From: an uncultured Alphaproteobacteria bacterium
Lineage (GTDB): Bacteria > Pseudomonadota > Alphaproteobacteria > JAAXGF01
Reading direction: 5' to 3'
NCBI GenBank assembly: GCA_964531525.1
Contig: CAZHDF010000002.1
Span: forward strand, 9,228 to 54,926
Length of the DNA stretch: 45,699 nucleotides
A program made the position numbers and the translations under genes. The notes under the pieces are model-generated. The model was not told the origin of the DNA. It did no database searches and saw nothing but the letters and a program-made list of their open reading frames with translations. Positions 1 through 8,929 of the stretch are shown here, piece by piece. Positions within the stretch are counted from its first letter, which is position 1; each line of letters opens with the position of its first letter.

Positions 1-242
1 CGAACCAGATAGAGAAGGCCGAGGGCCGCGCCGACGAGGCCGAGGCCGAGGCGAAGTGGCGGCTCGAACGTCAGCGAAAAATAGATCGCGATGCCGGTGG
101 CAAGCCCGACCGGAACCCAGAGAACCCAGCGCTCGCGCTCGGCGAGAAACGCTTGCGCAAGCGCCAAGCGAAGCGCTCGCGTCCACCGCCACCCGCCGGC
201 GGCGGGCGCCGCGTCACCGGCCAGGGCCGGGCGATCCGTCAC
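1..242 (-). CDS. ComEC/Rec2-like integral membrane protein, N-terminal fragment (continues beyond window start)
   Basis: Own minus-strand translation from GTG (240-242): VTDRPALAGDAAPAAGGWRWTRALRLALAQAFLAERERWVLWVPVGLATGIAIYFSLTFEPPLRLGLGLVGAALGLLYLV. It is hydrophobic with GC-rich third positions. The ERERW-LW-PV...YF...EP pattern and the divergent position next to gltX resemble alphaproteobacterial ComEC N-termini as I remember them. It is absent from the ORF track because no stop lies inside the window. Confidence 0.5.
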   Translation of the reverse strand, partial: MTDRPALAGDAAPAAGGWRWTRALRLALAQAFLAERERWVLWVPVGLATGIAIYFSLTFEPPLRLGLGLVGAALGLLYLV

Positions 243-422
243 GATGTTTGCTGCGACGATGGGGCCGTCGGCCCGGCGCGCCGCGATTGCCAGATCATGC
301 CAGCCTTCCCTGGAAACGCACTCTAGCGGCGGCCGATGCGCGCGGCAATGCGCGGGGCGTCGGGATGTGCTAAACCCGGCGCGAGATTCGTCCTCGCCCC
401 AGCAGGTTCACGGCTTTTTCGC

Positions 423-1847
423 ATGACCGAGATCGTTACCCGCTTCGCCCCCTCGCCCACCGGGTTCCTCCATATCGGCGGCGCGCGCACGGCGCTGTTC
501 AACTGGCTGTTCGCCCGCCATCACGGGGGCGCCTTCCGCCTGCGGATCGAGGACACCGACCGCGCGCGCTCGACCGACGCGGCGATCGCCGCGATCCTCG
601 AGGGGCTCGAATGGCTGGGGATCGACTGGGACGAGCCGGTGGTCTACCAGTCCGAGCGCGCCGCGCGCCACGCCGAGATCGCGCGGCTGCTTCTCGACCG
701 GGGGCTCGCCTATCGCTGCTATTGCTCGCCCGAGGAGCTGGCCGAGATGCGCGCCATGGCGCGCGCCGAGGGGCGGCCCGCGCGCTATGACGGGCGCTGG
801 CGCGACCGCGACCCGTCGGAGGCGCCCGAGGGCGTTCCGCCGGTCATTCGCCTCAAGGCGCCGCGCGCGGGCGAGACCGTGATCGCCGACCGGGTCCAGG
901 GCGAGGTGCGGATCGCCAACGAGCAGCTCGACGACATGGTGCTGCTGCGCGCCGACGGCACGCCCACCTATATGCTCGCCGTGGTGGTCGACGACCACGA
1001 CATGGGGATCACCCATGTCATCCGGGGCGTCGATCACCTGACCAACGCCGCGCGCCAAACGCAGCTTTATCGCGCGCTCGACTGGTCGGCGCCGGTCTTC
1101 GCCCATGTGCCGTTGATCCACGGCCCCGATGGCGCCAAGCTGTCGAAGCGCCATGGCGCGCTGAGCGTCGGCGCCTACCGCGACATGGGCTACCTGCCCG
1201 AGGCGATGCGCAACTATCTGCTGCGGCTCGGCTGGGCACACGGCGACGAGGAAATCATTTCGACCGAGCAGGCGATCGAATGGTTCGATCTCGACGCCGT
1301 GGGGCGCTCGCCGGCGCGCTTCGACTTCGACAAGCTCGCGAGCCTGAACGCGCATTACCTGCGCGAGGCCGAGGACGGGCGGCTCGTCGATCTGGTCTGC
1401 GAAGCGCTCGCCGGGCGCGAGGACCTGCGTCTAGACGCGATCGCGCGCGCGCGCATTGCCGCCGGCATGGCGGGGCTCAAGATGCGGGCGAGAACCGTGG
1501 TCGAGCTCGCGGAGAATACGGCGTTCTATGCCGCCAAGCGCCCCCTCGCGCTCACGCCCAAGGCCGCCAAGCTGCTGACGAACGAGGCGCTCGAGCGGCT
1601 CGAGCGGCTGGTCGCGCGGCTGCCGGGAGACGAAGGCTGGACCGCCGAGGCGCTCGAGGACCTGGTGCGCGCGTTCGCCGAGGCGGAAGGCGTCAAGCTC
1701 GGCGCGGTTGCCCAGCCGTTGCGCGCGGCGCTCAGCGGCAGTACGGTCTCGCCGCCGATTTTCGAGGTCATGGCGGTGCTCGGCCGGGCCGAAACCCTGG
1801 CGCGCATCGAGGACGCGCGCCGACGCGCGGCGACGGATGCGACGTGA
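423..1847 (+). CDS. gltX: glutamate--tRNA ligase (GluRS)
   Basis: ORF 336..1847 trimmed to ATG 423 ([28 protein letters not shown]). Carries the class I HIGH motif (HIGG) and a KMSKS-like KLSKRHG motif. About 474 aa. Confidence 0.93.
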   Translation: MTEIVTRFAPSPTGFLHIGGARTALFNWLFARHHGGAFRLRIEDTDRARSTDAAIAAILEGLEWLGIDWDEPVVYQSERAARHAEIARLLLDRGLAYRCYCSPEELAEMRAMARAEGRPARYDGRWRDRDPSEAPEGVPPVIRLKAPRAGETVIADRVQGEVRIANEQLDDMVLLRADGTPTYMLAVVVDDHDMGITHVIRGVDHLTNAARQTQLYRALDWSAPVFAHVPLIHGPDGAKLSKRHGALSVGAYRDMGYLPEAMRNYLLRLGWAHGDEEIISTEQAIEWFDLDAVGRSPARFDFDKLASLNAHYLREAEDGRLVDLVCEALAGREDLRLDAIARARIAAGMAGLKMRARTVVELAENTAFYAAKRPLALTPKAAKLLTNEALERLERLVARLPGDEGWTAEALEDLVRAFAEAEGVKLGAVAQPLRAALSGSTVSPPIFEVMAVLGRAETLARIEDARRRAATDAT

Positions 1848-1848
1848 T

Positions 1849-1877
1849 TTGCTTCCGAGGCGGTTCGAGGATATTTT
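1849..1877 (+). promoter_or_regulatory. candidate sigma70-type promoter for gltA (TTGCTT - 17 nt - TATTTT)
   Basis: TTGCTT at 1849-1854 and TATTTT at 1872-1877 with a 17-nt spacer, in the only AT-richer patch of the 90-nt gltX-gltA spacer. Pattern match only. Confidence 0.25.
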
Positions 1878-1937
1878 AGCGCCGCCGTCGGACCGCAACC
1901 GCGCCTCGAAACGGACCTCACCAGCGAGAACGGAAAA

Positions 1938-3275
1938 ATGAACGACTTGATCAAACCCAAGGACGATATTCGGCCAAGCCGAACGGTCTCGCTCTCCATC
2001 GAGGACGCGGACGAGCCCAAGACCTTGGAGCTTGGCGTGCTTGACGGAACGCTGGGACCGAGCGTTATCGAAGTCAGTAAGCTCTACAGCGAAACCGGCT
2101 ACTTCACCTACGACCCCGGCTTCATGGCAACCGCGAGCTGCCATTCGAAAATCACCTATATCGACGGAGAACAGGGAATCCTGCTGTATCGCGGCTATTC
2201 CATCGACGAATTGGCCGAGAAGAGCGATTTCGTAGAAACCTGCTATCTCCTGCTTTACGGCGAGTTGCCCTCGTCCTCGGAGAAGGAGAAGTTCGAGCGC
2301 GATATCACCCTGCACACCATGGTGCACGAGCAGCTCACCATGTTCTTCCGGGGGTTCCGGCGCGACGCCCACCCGATGGCGGTAATGGTCGGCGTGGTCG
2401 GGGCGCTGTCGGCGTTCTATCACGACACCTTCGACCTCACCGACCCGCAGCAGCGCATGATCGCGTCCTATCGCCTGATCGCGAAGGTGCCGACGATCGC
2501 GGCCATGGCCTACAAGTTTTCGATCGGCCAGCCGTTCATCTACCCGCGCAACGATCTGAACTACGCCGAGAACTTCCTGCACATGCTGTTCGCGGTGCCC
2601 TGCGAGGAATTCGAGGTCAACCCGGTGGTCGCGCGCGCCCTCGACCGCATTCTGATCCTGCACGCCGATCACGAGCAGAACGCTTCGACCTCGACCGTTC
2701 GGCTCGCCGGCTCGTCGGGCGCCAACCCCTATGCCTGCATCGCGGCCGGCATCGCCTGCCTGTGGGGGCCGGCCCACGGCGGGGCCAACGAGGCGGTGAT
2801 CAAGATGCTCGAGGAGATGGAGACCGTCGATCGCATCCCCGAGTTCATCGCCCGCGCCAAGGACCATAACGACCCGTTCCGGCTGATGGGGTTCGGCCAT
2901 CGGGTCTACAAGAACTACGATCCCCGCGCGAAGGTGCTGCGCGACACCTGCCACGAGGTGCTCGACGAGCTCGGCGTGCGCGACGAGCGCCTGCTCAAGA
3001 TGGCGATGGAGCTCGAGCGGATCGCGCTCAGCGACGATTATTTCATCGAACGCAAGCTGTACCCGAACGTCGACTTCTACTCGGGCATCATCCTGCGCGC
3101 CATGGGCATTCCGTCGGATTTGTTCACGGTGATTTTCGCGCTCGCGCGGACCGTGGGCTGGGTCGCCCAGTGGAACGAGATGATCGAGGACCCGTCACAG
3201 AAGATCGGGCGGCCGCGGCAGCTCTACAACGGCTATGGCCCACGACCCTATGTTCCCGTCGAGCAGCGCGGGTAA
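1938..3275 (+). CDS. gltA: citrate synthase (type II)
   Basis: 445 aa. Contains the citrate synthase signature [14 protein letters not shown] and the [10 protein letters not shown] and [10 protein letters not shown] motifs. Stop TAA at 3273-3275. Confidence 0.96.
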   Translation: MNDLIKPKDDIRPSRTVSLSIEDADEPKTLELGVLDGTLGPSVIEVSKLYSETGYFTYDPGFMATASCHSKITYIDGEQGILLYRGYSIDELAEKSDFVETCYLLLYGELPSSSEKEKFERDITLHTMVHEQLTMFFRGFRRDAHPMAVMVGVVGALSAFYHDTFDLTDPQQRMIASYRLIAKVPTIAAMAYKFSIGQPFIYPRNDLNYAENFLHMLFAVPCEEFEVNPVVARALDRILILHADHEQNASTSTVRLAGSSGANPYACIAAGIACLWGPAHGGANEAVIKMLEEMETVDRIPEFIARAKDHNDPFRLMGFGHRVYKNYDPRAKVLRDTCHEVLDELGVRDERLLKMAMELERIALSDDYFIERKLYPNVDFYSGIILRAMGIPSDLFTVIFALARTVGWVAQWNEMIEDPSQKIGRPRQLYNGYGPRPYVPVEQRG

Positions 3276-3334
3276 GGCGCGCAGCTCATCGGCTCCGCGC
3301 CGTCCCACATCGATATCCCGGGGGCGGCGCGGCG

Positions 3335-3391
3335 GGCGGTGGCGTCACCGCCGTACCCGCTATCGCCGGGCGGCCAACGACAACCGCCCGG
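3335..3391. terminator. two GC-rich hairpins in the convergent gltA/gloA spacer (possible bidirectional terminator region)
   Basis: GGCGGTG(3335-3341)/CACCGCC(3346-3352) with a 4-nt loop. CCGGGCGG(3366-3373)/CCGCCCGG(3384-3391) with a 10-nt loop. No U-tracts follow, so these are not classical intrinsic terminators. Confidence 0.25.
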
Positions 3392-3509
3392 CGTCGGCAG
3401 GGCGCATTCGCCCCGCGCTCGGCTTGGCGGCGGTCGCGGTGGCGGCCCTCGCCGCTCTCGTCCTCGCGGCGCTATAAGAGGGCCACGCCCGAGACGAGCG
3501 GGCCGGGAG

Positions 3510-3920
3510 CTACTTGCGCTCGATCAACTCGATCTTGTAGCCGTCGGGATCCTCGATGAAGGCGATCACGCTGCCGCCGTGCTTCATCGGCCCGGGTGGA
3601 CGCGGGATCTTGGCGCCCTCGGCGGCGAGTTGTTCGCAGGTCCCGTAGATGTCGGGAACCCCGATCGCGAGATGGCCGAAACCGGTGCCGAGGTCGTAGG
3701 GCTCGGTCTGGCCCCAGTTATGGGTCAACTCGATCACCGCGTTGCTTTCCTCGTCGCCGTACCCCACGAAGGCGAGCGTGAATTCGCCCGACGGGTAGTC
3801 GTCCTTGCGAAACAGCGTCATGCCGAGAAGGCGGGTATAGAAATCGAGCGACTTGTCGAGGTCGCGGACCCTGATCATGGTGTGCAGGAGGCGAAAGCCT
3901 CCCTTGGCTACCTCGGTCAT
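3510..3920 (-). CDS. gloA: lactoylglutathione lyase (glyoxalase I)
   Basis: 136 aa. Colinear with E. coli GloA as I remember it (RLLHTMIRVRDLDKSLDFYT..., LAFVGYG..., VIELTHNWG, VIAFIEDPDGYKIELIE). Confidence 0.9.
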   Translation of the reverse strand: MTEVAKGGFRLLHTMIRVRDLDKSLDFYTRLLGMTLFRKDDYPSGEFTLAFVGYGDEESNAVIELTHNWGQTEPYDLGTGFGHLAIGVPDIYGTCEQLAAEGAKIPRPPGPMKHGGSVIAFIEDPDGYKIELIERK

Positions 3921-3953
3921 CTTCTCTCCCTTTTGCTTTTGCGTTTTTCCATT

Positions 3954-5168
3954 CTATCGCATGCGGCGCGCGCGGGCGGCGATGGCGAGGACGATCGCCG
4001 CGGCGCGCTCGCTCGGCGTACCGGCGCCGGTGCCGGCGAGAAGTAGGGCGACCTCGCGCTCGGCGTCGATCTGCTTCGTGCGCGCTTCCTCGTTCGAGAT
4101 AAGTCCCGAAAGCGCTTCGCACAAGAGATCCGCCCGGCAACGTTCCTGAAGGAACTCGGGCATCACTTCGCGCTCGAGGATCAGGTTGACGAGGCTTACA
4201 TGGGGAACCGTGATCGTCCGGCGCGCGAACCAGGCGGTCACCGGGTTGGCGCGATAGGCGACGACCGTGGGCACGCCCGCGAGCGCGAGTTCGAGGACGA
4301 CCGTGCCCGAGGCGGCGAGCGCCGCGCGCGAGGCGGCGAAGGCGTCGTATTTCTCGTGCCGCTCGGTGGTGACGATCGTCTCGAACGGCCAGTCGGCGAC
4401 GGCGCGCCCGACCGCGTCCGCGACCGCCGGCACGCTGGGCAGCGCCACGGCGAAGTCGAGGCCTTGCGAGAGCTTGGCGAGGGTCTCGCCGAATACCGGG
4501 AGAAGCCGTGACACCTCGCTCGCGCGGCTCCCCGGCAGGCAGGCGACGATGGGCTTCTCCGCGGCAATCCCGTGGCGGGCGCGAAAGTCGGCGCCGTCGC
4601 CCCGATCGGCGCCCTCCTCGACGATCGGATGGCCGACGAAGCTGCAGGCGAGGCCGACGCGCTCGAAATATGGAGGCTCGAAGGGGAACAGGGCGAGCAG
4701 ATGGTCGAGCACCGCCGCGATCTTCGGCGCCCGGCCGGGGCGATGCGCCCAGACCTGGGGGGCGACGTAATGGACCCGAGGGACGTCGAGCCTGGCCAGG
4801 CGCTCGGCGACCCGTAGGGTGAAGTCCGGCGAATCGATGGTCACGACCACGTCGGGACGCAGGAGATGCGCGACCTCGGCGGTGTCGCGGATTCGGGCCA
4901 GGAGAAGCGGGATCTTGGGCAGTACCTCGAGATAGCCCATGACGCTGATCTCGCTCATGGGGAACAGGCTTTCGAGGCCTTCGGCGGTCATGCGCTCGCC
5001 GCCGACGCCGGCGAAGCGCACGGCCCCGCCGCTCACCCGCTTGATCGCCGCCATCAGCCGCGCGCCGAGAACATCGCCCGAGGGTTCCCCGGCGACGAGG
5101 AAGATCAGCGGACCCTCGGCCTCGTCGGCTTCGGGCTCTTCGCTCCCGGCGCTCGCCCCGGGGTTCAC
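3954..5168 (-). CDS. lpxB: lipid-A-disaccharide synthase
   Basis: 404 aa. N-terminal LIFLVAGEPSGDVLGARLM motif typical of LpxB, and position downstream of lpxA/lpxI. GTG start (5166-5168) overlaps the lpxI stop as GTGA. Confidence 0.9.
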   Translation of the reverse strand: MNPGASAGSEEPEADEAEGPLIFLVAGEPSGDVLGARLMAAIKRVSGGAVRFAGVGGERMTAEGLESLFPMSEISVMGYLEVLPKIPLLLARIRDTAEVAHLLRPDVVVTIDSPDFTLRVAERLARLDVPRVHYVAPQVWAHRPGRAPKIAAVLDHLLALFPFEPPYFERVGLACSFVGHPIVEEGADRGDGADFRARHGIAAEKPIVACLPGSRASEVSRLLPVFGETLAKLSQGLDFAVALPSVPAVADAVGRAVADWPFETIVTTERHEKYDAFAASRAALAASGTVVLELALAGVPTVVAYRANPVTAWFARRTITVPHVSLVNLILEREVMPEFLQERCRADLLCEALSGLISNEEARTKQIDAEREVALLLAGTGAGTPSERAAAIVLAIAARARRMR

Positions 5169-5992
5169 GGTTGCTCCGGGTCGATGCCGACGACGAACAG
5201 GCCGGATGCGTCCGCCGCCTCGACGACCGCCACGCGCGCGACGATCAAGGCGCCGCCCGCCTCGACGGCGATGCCGCGCAGCCCCGCGGTCCGCGCCATC
5301 TCGACCGTGCGCGGCCCGATGGTCGGCAGGTCGGCGCGCCGCTCCTGCCCGGGCTTTCGGATCTTGACCAGAACCCCCCCCGTCCCTTCGCGGCGCAGTC
5401 CGGCGCAGCGTTCGAGCAGCGCATCGGTTCCCTCGATCGCCTCGACGCCGAGCACCACGCCCTGCTGTACCACGACCGCCTGCCCCACGTCGACGGTGCC
5501 GAGAAGCCGGGCGACGCGGCAGCCGGCGGCGATATCGGCGCGCGCGTCGCGGTCGGGCGCGTGGCGGCCGAGCGCGCCTTCGGGCGCCAGGAGATCGTCG
5601 AGAAGATCGTCGACGCCGACCACGCGGAAGCCGGCGGTCTCGAGTTCGCGAACGATCAACGACAAGAGCTTGTCGTCGCCCATGGCGCCCGGACGCAGGC
5701 CCGCGATCACGCGAAGCCCCCCGGCGTCGAGCTTGAGACTGCGCAGCGAGGGGCGCGGGATGGGGCCGGCGAGCACGACGTCCTCGACCTTCGCCTCGTG
5801 GAGAAGCGCGATGGTGCGCGCGACCTCGCCCAGGCGCGTCGTCGCACAGGGCGTTTCGCCGAAATCGGGCACCTCGGGCACCCCTTCGAAGGTGACGACG
5901 AAGACCTCGCGGCCTTCATCTCGGCAGGCTTCGACAAGACGGAGCGGCAGCGCGCCGCCGCCGGCGATGACGCCGAGCTTAGGGGGTTTCAC
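5165..5992 (-). CDS. lpxI: UDP-2,3-diacylglucosamine diphosphatase LpxI (DUF1009 family)
   Basis: 275 aa beginning KLGVIAGGGALPLRLVEA. It sits between lpxA and lpxB, as the lpxH-replacing lpxI does in alphaproteobacteria. GTG start at 5990-5992. Confidence 0.85.
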   Translation of the reverse strand: MKPPKLGVIAGGGALPLRLVEACRDEGREVFVVTFEGVPEVPDFGETPCATTRLGEVARTIALLHEAKVEDVVLAGPIPRPSLRSLKLDAGGLRVIAGLRPGAMGDDKLLSLIVRELETAGFRVVGVDDLLDDLLAPEGALGRHAPDRDARADIAAGCRVARLLGTVDVGQAVVVQQGVVLGVEAIEGTDALLERCAGLRREGTGGVLVKIRKPGQERRADLPTIGPRTVEMARTAGLRGIAVEAGGALIVARVAVVEAADASGLFVVGIDPEQP

Positions 5993-6782
5993 GACCGTCC
6001 TTGGGCTGGCACACCGCGCGCGCGCTGTTGGCGCGGATGAATTCGACCACGTCCATGACCGCTTCGTGATCGGGGAAGAGCTGCGAGACGTCGCTGAGCC
6101 GTTCGGCCATGGTGCCTTCCTGGGCGAACAGGAGACGGTAGGCGCGGCGCAGCGCGTGGATATCCTCGCGGCCGATGCCCCGGCGGCGAAGGCCGATGAT
6201 GTTGAGCCCGCAAAGATGCGCGCGGTCGCCCATGACCGAGCCGTAGGGGATGACGTCGTTCTCGACCCCCGACATGCCGCCGACCATGGCGTGACGCCCG
6301 ATGCGCACGAACTGATGCACCGCCGCCAGTCCGCCGAGGATCGCGAAGTCCTCGATCACCACATGGCCGCCGAGGGTCGCGTTGTTCGCCATGATGACGT
6401 AATCGCCGAGGACGCAGTCGTGGGCGACATGGGCGCCGACCATGAGCAGGCAATGGTTGCCGATTCGGGTCACCATGCCGCCGCCCTCGGTACCCGGGTT
6501 GATGGTGACGTGCTCGCGGATCACGTTGTGGTCGCCGATGACGAGCTCCGAGGGCTCGCCCTTGTATTTCAGATCCTGCGGCCGGAGGCCGATGGAAGCG
6601 AAGGGGAAGATATGGCAGTCGCTCCCGATCCGCGTCCGACCGCCGAGGACCACATGGCTTTCGAGGCGCGTGCGGTCGCCGATCTCGACCTCGCCGCCGA
6701 CGATGCAATAGGGGCCGATCGCGACGCCGTCGCCGAACCGCGCGCCGGGCTCGACCACGGCCGTTGCATGAACCTCGGCCAT
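5979..6782 (-). CDS. lpxA: acyl-ACP--UDP-N-acetylglucosamine O-acyltransferase
   Basis: 267 aa with left-handed beta-helix hexapeptide repeats (VHATAVVEPGARFGDGVAIGPYCIVGGEVEIGD...) and lpx cluster context. Confidence 0.93.
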   Translation of the reverse strand: MAEVHATAVVEPGARFGDGVAIGPYCIVGGEVEIGDRTRLESHVVLGGRTRIGSDCHIFPFASIGLRPQDLKYKGEPSELVIGDHNVIREHVTINPGTEGGGMVTRIGNHCLLMVGAHVAHDCVLGDYVIMANNATLGGHVVIEDFAILGGLAAVHQFVRIGRHAMVGGMSGVENDVIPYGSVMGDRAHLCGLNIIGLRRRGIGREDIHALRRAYRLLFAQEGTMAERLSDVSQLFPDHEAVMDVVEFIRANSARAVCQPKDGRETP

Positions 6783-6783
6783 T

Positions 6784-7254
6784 CTATTCCTTGTCCAGAA
6801 TCATGGCCGAAAACGTTGCCTCGGCGACCAGCGTTTCGCCGACCTTCACTTCCGACGAGAATTTCCATACCGGTCCGCGTTGCTTGAGCTTGCGGACATG
6901 AACGTGGAGCGTGTCGCCGGGCACCACGGGTTTGCGGAAGCGCGCGTTGTCGACCGACATGAAATAGACGAGCTTGCCCTCGAATTCGGGACCCAGGGTG
7001 TGGACCACGAGAACCGCGGCCGACTGGGCCATCGATTCGATGATGAGAACGCCGGGCATGACCGGGCGGCTCGGAAAATGGCCCTGGAAGAAGGGTTCGT
7101 TGATCGAGACGTTCTTGATCCCGGTGGCGCTCGCGTCGGCCACCACGTCGACCATTCTATCGATCATCAGGAACGGATAGCGGTGGGGGATCATCTCGAC
7201 GATTCGCCCGATGTCGAGATCGCAGCCCCGATCCGGGCTCGCCACGTCGGCCAT
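6784..7254 (-). CDS. fabZ: 3-hydroxyacyl-ACP dehydratase
   Basis: 156 aa. Contains IPHRYPFLMIDR and FFQGHFP...PVMPGVL, the FabZ hot-dog active-site motifs. Confidence 0.95.
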   Translation of the reverse strand: MADVASPDRGCDLDIGRIVEMIPHRYPFLMIDRMVDVVADASATGIKNVSINEPFFQGHFPSRPVMPGVLIIESMAQSAAVLVVHTLGPEFEGKLVYFMSVDNARFRKPVVPGDTLHVHVRKLKQRGPVWKFSSEVKVGETLVAEATFSAMILDKE

Positions 7255-8280
7255 CTACTTCTTTCCCTTCCGTTCGACCAGCCGCATCAGGGCGATCGTC
7301 TGCCGTTTCCAGGTCGTCGCCGGCACCGCCGGGCTGCCGCCGTAGACGGCGCCCGGCGGCACGTCGCGCATCAGCCCGGCCTGGGCGACGAGCGTCGCGC
7401 CGTCGCCGATCTTGAGATGTCCCGCAAGCCCCACCTGGCCCGCGCAGACGACGAAATTGCCGAGCCGGGTGCTGCCAGACACCCCCACTTGGGCGGCGAG
7501 AATGCACCCCTTTCCAAGCTGCACGTTATGAGCGATCTGGACCAGATTATCAATCATGCTGCCGGCGCCGATGACGGTGTCGGGGCCGCTGCCGCGGTCG
7601 ACCGTCGTATTGGCGCCGATCTCGACGTCGTCGCCGATGACCACCCGGCCGGTATGGGGAATGCGGAGATGTCCTTCCGGCCCCGGGGCGAATCCGAAGC
7701 CTTCCTGGCCGATGCGCGCGCCCGGGTAGATGAGCACCCGCGCGCCGACCAGGGCGTGGCTCACGGACGCGCAAGCGCCGATCACGCAGTCGTCGCCGAG
7801 CACAACGCCCTCGCCGATTACCGCGTTGGCGCCGACATGGCAGCGCGCGCCGATCTCCGCGCGGGACGCGATCACGGCGCCCGCCTCGACGCGGCAGCCG
7901 GGGCCGAGGGTCGCGCTTTCGTCGACCGTCGCGGCGGCGGAAACGCCGGGCTCGAGCGCCGGCGTCGGGTGAAAGGCGCGCACGATGCGGGCATAGGCGC
8001 GATAGGGCTTCTCGGCGAGAAGCAGCGCCATTCCCGGGGCCGCGCGGTCGGCGAGCGCCGGCGCGACCACGCAGGCGCCCGCCCCGCTGGTCGCGAAGGC
8101 GTCGAGATAGCGCCGGTTGTCGAGGAAGCTCACCTCGTCGGACCCGGCCGTCTCGAGCGGCGCGATATCGACGATCCGCCGATCCGCGTCGGTGTCGTCG
8201 GCGAGAACCGCGCCGGCGATCTCGGCTAGCTCGGCAAGGGTGAAGGGGCCCTGGGGAGAAAAGAAACGAGGGTCGGTCAT
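7255..8280 (-). CDS. lpxD: UDP-3-O-acylglucosamine N-acyltransferase
   Basis: 341 aa. N-terminal [19 protein letters not shown] followed by hexapeptide repeats. Position upstream of fabZ-lpxA. Confidence 0.93.
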   Translation of the reverse strand: MTDPRFFSPQGPFTLAELAEIAGAVLADDTDADRRIVDIAPLETAGSDEVSFLDNRRYLDAFATSGAGACVVAPALADRAAPGMALLLAEKPYRAYARIVRAFHPTPALEPGVSAAATVDESATLGPGCRVEAGAVIASRAEIGARCHVGANAVIGEGVVLGDDCVIGACASVSHALVGARVLIYPGARIGQEGFGFAPGPEGHLRIPHTGRVVIGDDVEIGANTTVDRGSGPDTVIGAGSMIDNLVQIAHNVQLGKGCILAAQVGVSGSTRLGNFVVCAGQVGLAGHLKIGDGATLVAQAGLMRDVPPGAVYGGSPAVPATTWKRQTIALMRLVERKGKK

Positions 8281-8358
8281 GCCATGGTTCTTCGCCCGGC
8301 CTCCGCCGCGATGCGCACCCGAAGCCTTGGGTCGGACTCTCTCGATCCGAAGGCCTTC

Positions 8359-8925
8359 CTAGTTCTGCGAAAGCGGAATGGCGACCTTGGGCAGCTTCTG
8401 GTTGAGCCGCAGGAGCACGTCGTCGGTGATGTTCATGGCGGTCTCGGCGAAGATCACCTGTTTGCGCGGCAGGACGATGTTGAAATCGCGTTCCTTGGCG
8501 AGCGCGACGATGATCTCGCTGATCGCCTTCTGCACTTGGCGAAGGCCGAATTCATAGGCCTGGTCGAGCTCGCGCTTGCGTGCTTGGACATCGCGCTGAA
8601 CCTGGGTGTAGCGGCCCTCGAACTCGCTTCGCTTCTGGGCGAAGGCCTCGGGCGAAAGGATGGTGCGCTGGCGGGCGAGTTCCTGATCGGCGCTGCGGAG
8701 TTCCTGCTCCTTCTTGGTGATCTCGTCCTGGTACCTCTGGCGCTGACGGTCGATCTGCGACTTGATATCGATCGCGGCCGAGGATTCACGCATGATTCGC
8801 AGATTGTCGAGAATCGCGATCTTGGCCGCCGGCACCTTTTGTGCCTGGGCCGCCGCCGGCATGGGCGCGCCGACCGCGAAAACCAGCATGGCCGCCGTCG
8901 CGAAACGCAGGAGCATCGCTGTCAT
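8359..8925 (-). CDS. skp: OmpH/Skp family periplasmic chaperone
   Basis: ORF 8359..9102 trimmed to ATG 8923-8925, which gives the signal peptide MTAMLLRFATAAMLVFAVGAPMPAAAQAQ. The rest is a coiled-coil, Q/R/E-rich body. It starts 4 nt after the bamA stop, the conserved bamA-skp-lpxD order. Confidence 0.85.
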   Translation of the reverse strand: MTAMLLRFATAAMLVFAVGAPMPAAAQAQKVPAAKIAILDNLRIMRESSAAIDIKSQIDRQRQRYQDEITKKEQELRSADQELARQRTILSPEAFAQKRSEFEGRYTQVQRDVQARKRELDQAYEFGLRQVQKAISEIIVALAKERDFNIVLPRKQVIFAETAMNITDDVLLRLNQKLPKVAIPLSQN

Positions 8926-8929
8926 CGGA

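Noticed and set aside
4866-6887. 673-aa plus-strand ORF antisense to lpxB/lpxI/lpxA
   Set aside because: Shadow ORF. Its Ser/Pro/Arg/Ala-rich low-complexity translation lies opposite conserved lpx genes.
3954-8280. Possibility that the lpx cluster is unusual because it lacks lpxH
   Set aside because: lpxI between lpxA and lpxB is the known alphaproteobacterial replacement for lpxH, so this is not novel.
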